Source of the DNA: a virus | DNA length: 43,696 nt | Virus record (IMG/VR): IMGVR_UViG_3300045988_044483 | Strand: one strand, 5' to 3' | Shown here: positions 26,049 through 33,268 of the stretch, in pieces | How positions within the stretch are numbered: position 1 is the stretch's first letter | Layout: each line of letters begins with the position of its first letter | Notes under the pieces: model-generated | Databases searched by the model: none | What the model was told of the DNA's origin: nothing | Seen by the model: the letters and a program-made list of their open reading frames with translations, nothing else | Position numbers and translations under genes: made by a program

Positions 26049-26939
26049 TCAACCCCCCGCGTTTACGGTAATCTTCGCAATGGCATCCAGGTATTCCGCG
26101 AACAGCACAAGGCCGGTGATCGCAAACGCCTCAGACACGGCGGTGTTGTAGTTGCCCTGTGTGTGGAAACCGATCAGATTCGTTTCTCCGCTGGTCGTGT
26201 ACACAAGTCCTGCCTTCGCGAAGTCGCTGTCGTTGGGGTCGATGTAATACATCACGATGTTTTCCACCGGTGTAGCGATTACCGTATCAGCCGGGATCTC
26301 GCTGTCAGAAAGGAGGAAAATTGTATTGAACCCCATAAAATCCTTCAGGTACTGGAAGCCGAACTGATTCTGGATGGTGATGTTCGCTGCTCCGAGATAC
26401 TTGTACACGTCAAGGATGTTTACAAAACCGACAACCCCAGTGATGTTCCTGTGCATCTGTTTAAACTTGTTCTCCACCTTGCCCTTTGCCATCGCAAGAG
26501 CCATCTGGAAGGTTGTTTCCTCGGATGTGAGCGTTCCGGTTTTCAGATAGTCGTAAAACTTCTTTGTCACGCCCGCCTGAAGCTGATAGAGAAACTCGTC
26601 GTCAGTCATCTGGACAGCGTTGTCATAACCGTGATCTTTGATTGCCTCAATGGAAACAGCCTTCGCATACTTCTCGATGGTCATCTCCTTATACTTCTTT
26701 TCCTTTACGGTAAATTTGCTATACGGGATATCCTCGCCTTCGCCTACTGCACCATCCTCGAGCGTCCCCTCCGCGTATTTACTTTTCAGCACTGCGCCGG
26801 GCTGCTTCTTGATGGGGCGCATAATCCCCAAGATTTCCCGCAGATGCTGCCAGTTGCGTTCAAAACGCGTAACAAAGTCCAGCTCTCTGGCTGTTACCTG
26901 TATATCTGTTGTTCCGATTATATTGGCCTTTGCCGCCAT
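26049..26939 (-). CDS. Major capsid protein
   Basis: 296-aa ORF directly after the scaffold gene with a strong RBS. Assigned by synteny. Confidence 0.7.
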   Translation of the reverse strand: MAAKANIIGTTDIQVTARELDFVTRFERNWQHLREILGIMRPIKKQPGAVLKSKYAEGTLEDGAVGEGEDIPYSKFTVKEKKYKEMTIEKYAKAVSIEAIKDHGYDNAVQMTDDEFLYQLQAGVTKKFYDYLKTGTLTSEETTFQMALAMAKGKVENKFKQMHRNITGVVGFVNILDVYKYLGAANITIQNQFGFQYLKDFMGFNTIFLLSDSEIPADTVIATPVENIVMYYIDPNDSDFAKAGLVYTTSGETNLIGFHTQGNYNTAVSEAFAITGLVLFAEYLDAIAKITVNAGG

Positions 26940-26954
26940 AATTGCCCTCCTGCT

Positions 26955-27587
26955 TTAATTAAATAAACTCATGTTCGCAGCAATTGCAGCCTGACGCTCA
27001 GAAGCATCCTTGATGCTCATAATCTGGTCTTTCGTCAGCGCGTCGCCCTGCCCCTGCTTGTTTGTCGGCTGTGTAAAGCGTGCCTGATTCTGCTGTGCTT
27101 TCTGCTGCTCATCGTCAACAAATGCCGAAGCGTCCTTTTCCTTCATCTGGGTTAGGAGGTCATTCAGTCCGAGGATTTTCCCGTCTTTCAGTTTTAATCC
27201 GGCCTCCTTGACTTCTGCCATAATTGCGCGCTTTGCCGCTTCGCTCGAGAATTTAATTCCTTCAAACTCCGTTTTCAGAGCGTCCGTGAAATCTCTCTCA
27301 TACAGCTGCGCCTGTGCGTTTTTCTCGGCATCCTCGGCCTTTTTCTTCCAATCAGCCAAATCCTTCTGCATTGTTTCAAGGTCAACGCCCTCGAAGCCTT
27401 TCAGGGTGCTTTCTGCCGTCTCAGCTTTTTCTTTCCACGTGTCCCGGCCAGTCTCAGCCTTTCCCAGCTTCTTTTCATGTTCAGCTTTCGTGACGTAATT
27501 TTCCGCCACCTTTTTCGTAAGGCTTTCCTTTTTGTCCGCCGAGACCTCAATTCCCAGTTCTGTCAAAATTGCTTCAATATTCTGCAT
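26955..27587 (-). CDS. Scaffolding protein (GP20-like)
   Basis: Highly charged coiled-coil protein (KAEHEKKLGKAETGRDTWKEKAETAEST..., Q-rich C-terminus) upstream of the capsid gene. Confidence 0.7.
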   Translation of the reverse strand: MQNIEAILTELGIEVSADKKESLTKKVAENYVTKAEHEKKLGKAETGRDTWKEKAETAESTLKGFEGVDLETMQKDLADWKKKAEDAEKNAQAQLYERDFTDALKTEFEGIKFSSEAAKRAIMAEVKEAGLKLKDGKILGLNDLLTQMKEKDASAFVDDEQQKAQQNQARFTQPTNKQGQGDALTKDQIMSIKDASERQAAIAANMSLFN

Positions 27588-27664
27588 CTTTATCCTCCTA
27601 AACGTGATTGATTAACCGCCCGTCAGCGGTATGGATTAAGCCCGATAAACCACGGGCGGGGTAG

Positions 27665-27737
27665 TTGTGGGAAGGGGAATTGAACCCATGACACACGGCT
27701 TATAAGGCCGCTGCTCTACCTCCTGAGCTATCCCACA
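27665..27737 (-). tRNA. tRNA, anticodon UAU (Ile, reads AUA)
   Basis: Hand-folded cloverleaf: acceptor TGTGGGA/TCCCACA, D arm GCTC-AGGAGGTA-GAGC, anticodon arm GCGGC-CTTATAA-GCCGT, T arm ATGGG-TTCAATT-CCCCT (one mismatch). No CCA is encoded. Confidence 0.8.
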
Positions 27738-27803
27738 AAGCGCCCGGGGTAGCGAACCGGGCGAAAAGCGTAATGATCGGCGCTGTCTAAACAATGCACC
27801 TAT

Positions 27804-27845
27804 ACCGTGCGCCGGGGCTTGAACCCGGCTGCTTCCATGCACGGT
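27804..27845 (-). ncRNA. tRNA-like minihelix (acceptor-like stem plus T-arm only)
   Basis: Minus strand: ACCGTGC-ATGGAAGCA-GCCGGG-TTCAAGC-CCCGGC-GCACGGT. This gives 7+6 bp of stacked helices with a T-loop-like loop and no D or anticodon arm. Confidence 0.4.
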
Positions 27846-27900
27846 GGCAAAAACAAAGAAAGATGGGATGGATTTTCCTGCAATTACGATTTACAGGATT

Positions 27901-27952
27901 GCACACAGACGGAGTCGAACCGCATTTTCAACCTTCCCGCAAGGCTGTGTGC
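27901..27952 (-). ncRNA. tRNA-like element (8-bp acceptor-like stem, T-arm-like hairpin, one short hairpin)
   Basis: Minus strand: GCACACAG-CCTTGCGGGAAGG-TTGAAAAT-GCGG-TTCGACT-CCGT-CTGTGTGC. At 52 nt it is too short for a canonical tRNA. Confidence 0.4.
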
Positions 27953-27974
27953 TGTAAAGGAGGAAATACAAATA

Positions 27975-28023
27975 CAAAAAAGAGCCAGCAATCTGTAAGA
28001 AATCCTTACAAATCACTGGCTCT
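27975..28023 (-). terminator. Rho-independent terminator after the KTR gene
   Basis: Minus strand: AGAGCCAG...TGTAAG-GATTT-CTTACA...CTGGCTCT followed by TTTTTTG. Confidence 0.7.
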
Positions 28024-28041
28024 GCGTCTGGCGTCTGGCAC

Positions 28042-28203
28042 TTAACGGACGATAGGCTCTGCCTTTCCGTTTTCAATATTCACGAGGCTGGTCATTTTGC
28101 ATTTTGGGCAAAACACCGGAAGATTATGCGCTGTCGTATCCTTGCGGAATGCTGACCGCGTTTTGCTATTACAGACAGGACAGTATACCCTTTTGATATC
28201 CAT
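28042..28203 (-). CDS. Cysteine-rich KTR-domain zinc-ribbon protein (53 aa)
   Basis: Hand translation: MDIKRVYCPVCNSKTRSAFRKDTTAHNLPVFCPKCKMTSLVNIENGKAEPIVR. It has CPVC...KTR...CPKC. Confidence 0.7.
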   Translation of the reverse strand: MDIKRVYCPVCNSKTRSAFRKDTTAHNLPVFCPKCKMTSLVNIENGKAEPIVR

Positions 28204-28308
28204 GATTATCATTCCTTTCCATAGCCTTTAATACATTTTACCAAACAAAAAAAGCTATGGCGTACCCATGTTTAAAGCAAAAGCGGCAGGTTTACCCGCC
28301 GCCTTTAC

Positions 28309-28851
28309 TCACATCATCTTTCGTAATTTTTCGATATACCGCGAAATGGTCTCCCGTTCTTCTCGGCAGTCCGCATCCTTTGACAGATCTCCAAGCTCTT
28401 CTGTTAGCGCATCCAGAGCGGCCAGCATACGCCGCTTGCAATCCTCAGACTTGCCGTTGCGATAAGACTGCTTGTTTTCCATGTAATCATCATAAGGGTC
28501 ATTGTTTCCGTTTCCACGGCTATAGTGCCCCTTTACATAGTGCTCCCCACGTCGCGCATAGGATGATCCATCGTCATAGGCCGTCATGCTCATTCCATCA
28601 TCCCTGCTGTATCTCCCACGGCTGTCGCGTTTCCGCCTCTCGCTGTGGTCTCCTGCCTGGCTATATCCGCCTTCCATTTCGTCGAGAACGGCGTTATAAT
28701 AGCCCTCTTTGCACTTCCAGTATTCCACATTTTCCATGTCTTTCAACATGTCTATCAATTTGTATGCGGTCTCAAGATTGCCTGTGTTCAGACCTTTTTC
28801 CGCGATTTTATCCAGCTCTTCCCGGATATTCTGCATCAATTTGTAACTCAT
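28309..28851 (-). CDS. Hypothetical protein (180 aa) with helical ends and a low-complexity R/D/S/G/Y-rich centre
   Basis: ORF; composition read from the translation. Confidence 0.6.
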   Translation of the reverse strand: MSYKLMQNIREELDKIAEKGLNTGNLETAYKLIDMLKDMENVEYWKCKEGYYNAVLDEMEGGYSQAGDHSERRKRDSRGRYSRDDGMSMTAYDDGSSYARRGEHYVKGHYSRGNGNNDPYDDYMENKQSYRNGKSEDCKRRMLAALDALTEELGDLSKDADCREERETISRYIEKLRKMM

Positions 28852-28863
28852 GGTCTGCCCTCC

Positions 28864-29274
28864 TTAACCGCAAACCCGAACAGCTGTTATGTTCGGATTG
28901 TCTACTAACACAGGAATTGTCCCTGCGTTTTTGATGGAAACGTTTTCACAGCATCCACAGAACACATCGACGTATGTCTGGGACGATGTGTTAAAATACT
29001 GCTCTACTGCCGCAGGGGTGGCACGCATCACCGTGCCGCCGAGGATTTCCCCATCTCTGGCAATTCCCAGCGCCACTTCTCCTACCGTTTCCCCAGTCGG
29101 TACTGCGACGTTCCCGGAAAATGTGATCAGATATCTACCGGGCTTTACAAGCGTTATCTGCGCGCTTCCAGCCCTGTGTCTTTCTGCGCATCCGCCCTTT
29201 GTTGCCACTGCCGAAAACGGGATGGACTGCCCTACTGGGACCGTGACCGGCGTTGTGTTTACTAACTCAATCAT
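28864..29274 (-). CDS. TNF/C1q-like (BclA C-terminal-domain-like) protein (136 aa)
   Basis: The pattern IPFSAV...ITLVKPGRYLITFSGNV...LGIARDGEILGGT...VSIKNAG...NITAVRV resembles exosporium BclA C-terminal jelly rolls. There is no collagen repeat. Confidence 0.5.
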   Translation of the reverse strand: MIELVNTTPVTVPVGQSIPFSAVATKGGCAERHRAGSAQITLVKPGRYLITFSGNVAVPTGETVGEVALGIARDGEILGGTVMRATPAAVEQYFNTSSQTYVDVFCGCCENVSIKNAGTIPVLVDNPNITAVRVCG

Positions 29275-29392
29275 TTTATTCTCCCTTCATTTCAAAAGGG
29301 GCAGACGTTCTCAGCCTGCCCCTTTTTGTGAATAACGGCATCAGCCGAACATCATGGCAAAATAATGCCACGAAGATACTCCGTCTGAAGTT

Positions 29393-30082
29393 TTAACATC
29401 CGCATCCCGTGTTGCCTCCGTAGCCACATCCGGCGCCAAAGCTAAAGCCTGTCGGGTTTACGATGGACGTGTACGGGGACATGACCGGATAAGACGGAAC
29501 GGGTGTAGGTCTCAAAGCATTTAAGATGCTGTTTGTCTGTGCGTTGTTAGACAGCTGGAGCTGTGCGGACTGTAACTCGGTCTGCAAAGACTGTATCTTG
29601 TCCTGTGTAAACAGGTCGATGATGCGCTGTGTTCCGGCGTTCTGCGCGTCAATTACATCGCGGAATCCGTTGTTTACGGTATTCTGTAGGATGTTTGTCT
29701 GGGCTGCCATGTTGTAGTTTACGCCAGCAATAGCCTCACGGGTATCGCAGCAGCATTGCTGCATCTGATAACCCAGATTTGACAGGTTGGCGTTTACGCC
29801 AGCAAAGCCGTTGCAAAGCTGGCCGGAAAGGTTCTGGATCCCGTTTTCGATTCCCTGCGTGGAAAGCGCTGCGTCGATATCGGCACGGGTTGCATAACCC
29901 TGAAATGCAGGAGAATTTGCTCCTCCACCATTTCCGCCCCAGCCGCCGAAGCCGCCCCAGCCAAACATACCGAAAATCAGGAAAAGGATAATCCATGCAC
30001 CCCAATCTCCGCCGAAGCCGTCATTTTTTCCTGTGCCGCCGGTTAATACGGCAACATCAGAAGCGGTTAAACCGTCTGTCAT
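29393..30082 (-). CDS. Gly-rich / TM / Gln-Asn-rich / C-terminal Gly-Cys-rich protein (229 aa)
   Basis: GFGGDWGAWIILFLIFGMFGWGGFGGWGGNGGG, a central QQCCCD and Q/N coiled region, and C-terminal GAGCGYGGNTGCGC. Confidence 0.6.
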   Translation of the reverse strand: MTDGLTASDVAVLTGGTGKNDGFGGDWGAWIILFLIFGMFGWGGFGGWGGNGGGANSPAFQGYATRADIDAALSTQGIENGIQNLSGQLCNGFAGVNANLSNLGYQMQQCCCDTREAIAGVNYNMAAQTNILQNTVNNGFRDVIDAQNAGTQRIIDLFTQDKIQSLQTELQSAQLQLSNNAQTNSILNALRPTPVPSYPVMSPYTSIVNPTGFSFGAGCGYGGNTGCGC

Positions 30083-30137
30083 AGTAATTATCTCCTTCGA
30101 TAATGTATTTACAAAACCGTGTGCACCCGGTTGTGTA

Positions 30138-30350
30138 CTATTTAAAAAAGCCTTTAAACATACCCTGCATCTGCTGCGCCATCTGCTGGGCTTGATTTAA
30201 CTGTTGCTGGTTTATTTTGCCAGACTGCAACAGCCTGTTAATCTCTTCATTCGGATTTCTGCCCTCCATCTCTTTTCGGAATTGCTGGAACTGTTCCAGC
30301 ATTCCGGCCATTCTATTACCATTCAGGGCCTCAAACAAGGGATTCGCCAT
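30138..30350 (-). CDS. Small Gln-rich protein (70 aa, MANPLFEALNGN...)
   Basis: AAGGAGG RBS before the ATG at 30350. Confidence 0.55.
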   Translation of the reverse strand: MANPLFEALNGNRMAGMLEQFQQFRKEMEGRNPNEEINRLLQSGKINQQQLNQAQQMAQQMQGMFKGFFK

Positions 30351-30786
30351 GTCTGCCTCCTTCCGGCTTTGTTGCCGTTTCGAGATAACTATATAATTCT
30401 TCATATTTGCTTCTCAAATCGTCGTATTCTTTCCGAGTAACGTATTTATCGTCTAAGTTCACTTCCTCCTGTTTCTGTGGCTCTTTCGCGCCCACCGTGA
30501 CCTCTTTGTAAGCAAAGGTGCGGAGCGTCGGCATCCCGGCGGCATCGGTAGTCTTTATATAAAAATTAGAGTTTTCGGAGTCCATCAAAAGGACGCTTGT
30601 ATTTGGAGCGACAAGATAAGATTTAGCTCCAGCCTCGCCCTGCACCCACAGGATCCCCTGATTTACCTGCTGTGGCTGCTGATACTGAGCCTGCATCTGC
30701 GCCAGCCTGTCCATCTGCGGCTGTAGCGGATTTACTTGTCCATACTGATACGGATTATAGCCATACCCTTGATATGGTAATGCCAT
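30331..30786 (-). CDS. Protein with a Q/Y/P-rich N-terminus and a compact beta-rich C-domain (151 aa)
   Basis: MALPYQGYGYNPYQYGQVNPLQPQMDRLAQMQAQYQQPQQ, then GILWVQGEAGAKSYLVAPNTSVLLMD. Confidence 0.6.
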   Translation of the reverse strand: MALPYQGYGYNPYQYGQVNPLQPQMDRLAQMQAQYQQPQQVNQGILWVQGEAGAKSYLVAPNTSVLLMDSENSNFYIKTTDAAGMPTLRTFAYKEVTVGAKEPQKQEEVNLDDKYVTRKEYDDLRSKYEELYSYLETATKPEGGRHGESLV

Positions 30787-30887
30787 GCCTGCGCCTCCTA
30801 TGACTAATTCAATAACTTTCTATAGCTAAATTATGGCATAAAAAATAAGCCTCTGACAGTTCATCAAAGGCTTACAAAAGTATCAAA

Positions 30888-31088
30888 TCAGCATACCCGT
30901 ATTATCTTTTTGTTTATTCGCTGGCTCATTCTTTTCACAGTGGACACGCTCACGTTCATCATCTCCGCACATCTTTCCAGCGGGATATTCTGCGTCCGTA
31001 ATTCAAAAAGCTGCCGTTCATCAGGTGTAAAATTGCAGTATTCGCGGAAAAAATCCAACTCAAATACTGTAAAATCACATACCTTCAA
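30888..31088 (-). CDS. Sigma-70 region-4-like HTH regulator (66 aa)
   Basis: TPDERQLFELRTQNIPLERCAEMMNVSVSTVKRMSQRINKKI has the r4/LuxR-type HTH layout. Confidence 0.6.
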   Translation of the reverse strand: MKVCDFTVFELDFFREYCNFTPDERQLFELRTQNIPLERCAEMMNVSVSTVKRMSQRINKKIIRVC

Positions 31089-31164
31089 AATTACTCCCCT
31101 TATTGTGTTATTGTGTCTGTGCCAGATTAAGATGTATAGCCTGTATCGTTTCCATAGCGCCTAT

Positions 31165-31554
31165 CTATCGCTCCCAGTAGTATATCGGGATCTCCTGTCC
31201 GCTGTCCCATGTGTCCCAGTAATGCCCATCCTTGACGCACACAACATGCCCGTCTATCCCGAGCACATACGTCCCCGTTGGATGATCTTGGCAAAAATCA
31301 TCTACCGTGTAAACATGCTGTCCGTGGTCGTCTACGATATACCGGCGGAAGCCATTCTCACGCAGATACGCACCCCAGACTCTATTAGCACTTGGCATGT
31401 CAGACAACGAAAAACCATACACGGACAAACCTACATAAACTGTATCCCAATCTTGCCCTAAAGCCTTGCACAATGCGCGCACAGTGCAATCCCCTACTCT
31501 TTGCCATTTCGAGGGGTTTGGATTGTAATATTCAAATCGGTTCGTTCTCCGCAT
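31165..31554 (-). CDS. Hypothetical protein with a possible papain-like Cys/His pair
   Basis: VGDCTVRALCKAL ... GIDGHVVCVKDGHYWDTWDSG. ATG at 31554; the longer ORF starts at a TTG at 31599. Confidence 0.45.
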   Translation of the reverse strand: MRRTNRFEYYNPNPSKWQRVGDCTVRALCKALGQDWDTVYVGLSVYGFSLSDMPSANRVWGAYLRENGFRRYIVDDHGQHVYTVDDFCQDHPTGTYVLGIDGHVVCVKDGHYWDTWDSGQEIPIYYWER

Positions 31555-32809
31555 ATCTTTTTGCCCCTTTATTTGCTGCCTTTTGCTGCGGGTATCCAAA
31601 TCCCGCTAATGCATTCCGATCATACTGCGGCTGTAATCCATGTTCTTCGCAATACTGGTTATAAGCCCTGTTCTGTCCCTGCAATCGGTAAGCCAGCTTA
31701 TCATATTCCTGCTGGAGCTTTTCCCGTTCCGCGCCGGACGCCCATGCAAGCTCTTCCTGTTTTACTATCAACTGTCGTTTCGTCTTTCGGATTCCGCGCT
31801 CCATAGATCGCTGCTTCTGGCTGTCCTCATACCGTTTTAGATTCTCAGCATCGGTAATTTTATTTCCGCTTCCATCCAGCAGATTCCCTTCTGCGTCCCT
31901 CCACGGATTCTTCATCCGCTTGTCAAACAACATATGACCGTGACGACAGTTATAGCCATGCAGCCCTCTCATATCCACAACCCTGCCCTCTCCCGTGGTC
32001 AGATCAATATCATACCCCGTCGATTCCAGCAGGTTCGGATATCCAGGCTCGCTTCCGTCAATTTTAAATACACGGCCCTGCCATTCGTCATGACCCGCAA
32101 GCAAGGGCTGCCCGTCGCGCCTTACTCTTGCCCCGAGGTGCGCCGAGGTCAACACATACTCTGTTCCGCTGTCCACGATATACCTATTTGTCAGCTGCGC
32201 CGCCGTCTGGTTCATTGACGTTACTACACAGCATCGTACTGCCGCTTCCAGCGTCCGCCGTGCTCCTGTCGGGTAATCCACCATAATGCCGCGTCCCGCG
32301 TACGCATCCAGCACATCCGCTATGGCTGCGGGATAGCTTTGTACTCCGCTTGCTACCCTTACATCGGCTTCGTCGAGCAGCGTCACAAGGTCTTTTTGGC
32401 TTTGCTCCAGCGTCGTCCTTGTTAGGTTCTTCAGCTCCGCTCGGCTTTTTATGTACTCTGCTTCGATAACAGCCATATACCGTGCATTTTCAAGCGGAGA
32501 CTGCGCCACGCCCCCCATTTCTGACAGTGTAACCGCATCATCTTCCCACGATGTCAGCACGGCACCACGCAGGAGCTTCCGCAGTTCTTTTTCGCTCAGG
32601 TCTGTCAGTTCCATGATACGCCGCTGTATCTCATCCCGGCTTTCCCCCAACTTCTCCAGCCTGTACAGCAACCTGTCCGCCGTGGCTGTGATTTTCCCGG
32701 ATTTTAAAATCCTTCTGGCGATATCCCGCAGGATAAAGTTTTCCAGCCGTTCATAGAGTTCTAATATCCGGTCAGCTTTCCCTTCAAAATACTCTGGTCT
32801 CAGCATCAC
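31532..32809 (-). CDS. Head morphogenesis protein, SPP1 gp7 / Mu F family
   Basis: The MuF-like core includes GLHGYNCRHGHMLF. Position in the head module. Confidence 0.75.
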   Translation of the reverse strand: MMLRPEYFEGKADRILELYERLENFILRDIARRILKSGKITATADRLLYRLEKLGESRDEIQRRIMELTDLSEKELRKLLRGAVLTSWEDDAVTLSEMGGVAQSPLENARYMAVIEAEYIKSRAELKNLTRTTLEQSQKDLVTLLDEADVRVASGVQSYPAAIADVLDAYAGRGIMVDYPTGARRTLEAAVRCCVVTSMNQTAAQLTNRYIVDSGTEYVLTSAHLGARVRRDGQPLLAGHDEWQGRVFKIDGSEPGYPNLLESTGYDIDLTTGEGRVVDMRGLHGYNCRHGHMLFDKRMKNPWRDAEGNLLDGSGNKITDAENLKRYEDSQKQRSMERGIRKTKRQLIVKQEELAWASGAEREKLQQEYDKLAYRLQGQNRAYNQYCEEHGLQPQYDRNALAGFGYPQQKAANKGAKRYAENEPI

Positions 32810-33237
32810 TCTTTCCCCACCGTTTTTCTCACAAGATTCAGCCAGTCGTCTTTATGCCGCCTTTTAGCTTCTTCGAACCATTCGGACGTCGTTCCCGGCT
32901 CGTGATATTTAATCTTTCTCTGCGTCGGGCTTTTGTTGGGTGGGGATGTCCACCCTATAATATTACCCTCTGCATCTTTAAGCGGGATATTCGGACCGTA
33001 CACAATGCCCTTGTACAGATAATGAGCATATGGCGTATCATACTCAATCACTCCGCCGTATACCCCGTCAGGATATCTTACGCTGTTTCTTAGTGCGCCC
33101 TGCCGGAATGGAACGAAGGGGGCGCTGTCCGCCACTACCTGCATATTCAAAAGCTTCTGGGCTTCCAGCAGATTATCGTCTATGCGGGACGTATCGAGCT
33201 TAATCTCCACGTCCCCAACTTTCGTATCCAGGTTCAT
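32806..33237 (-). CDS. Minor capsid / gp10-like protein (143 aa)
   Basis: ADSAPFVPFRQGALRNSV...IEYDTPYAHYLYKG resembles minor-capsid/HK97 gp10-like families. Confidence 0.45.
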   Translation of the reverse strand: MNLDTKVGDVEIKLDTSRIDDNLLEAQKLLNMQVVADSAPFVPFRQGALRNSVRYPDGVYGGVIEYDTPYAHYLYKGIVYGPNIPLKDAEGNIIGWTSPPNKSPTQRKIKYHEPGTTSEWFEEAKRRHKDDWLNLVRKTVGKE

Positions 33238-33268
33238 TTTACCACCTCCCGCATTTTATGGCGTACCC

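Noticed and set aside
27636-28076. Track ORFs 27636-27842(-), 27794-28045(+), 27807-27998(+) and 27891-28076(-).
   Set aside because: They overlap the tRNA, the tRNA-like hairpins and a terminator. They have no RBS, and the region is better explained as RNA-coding or structured spacer.
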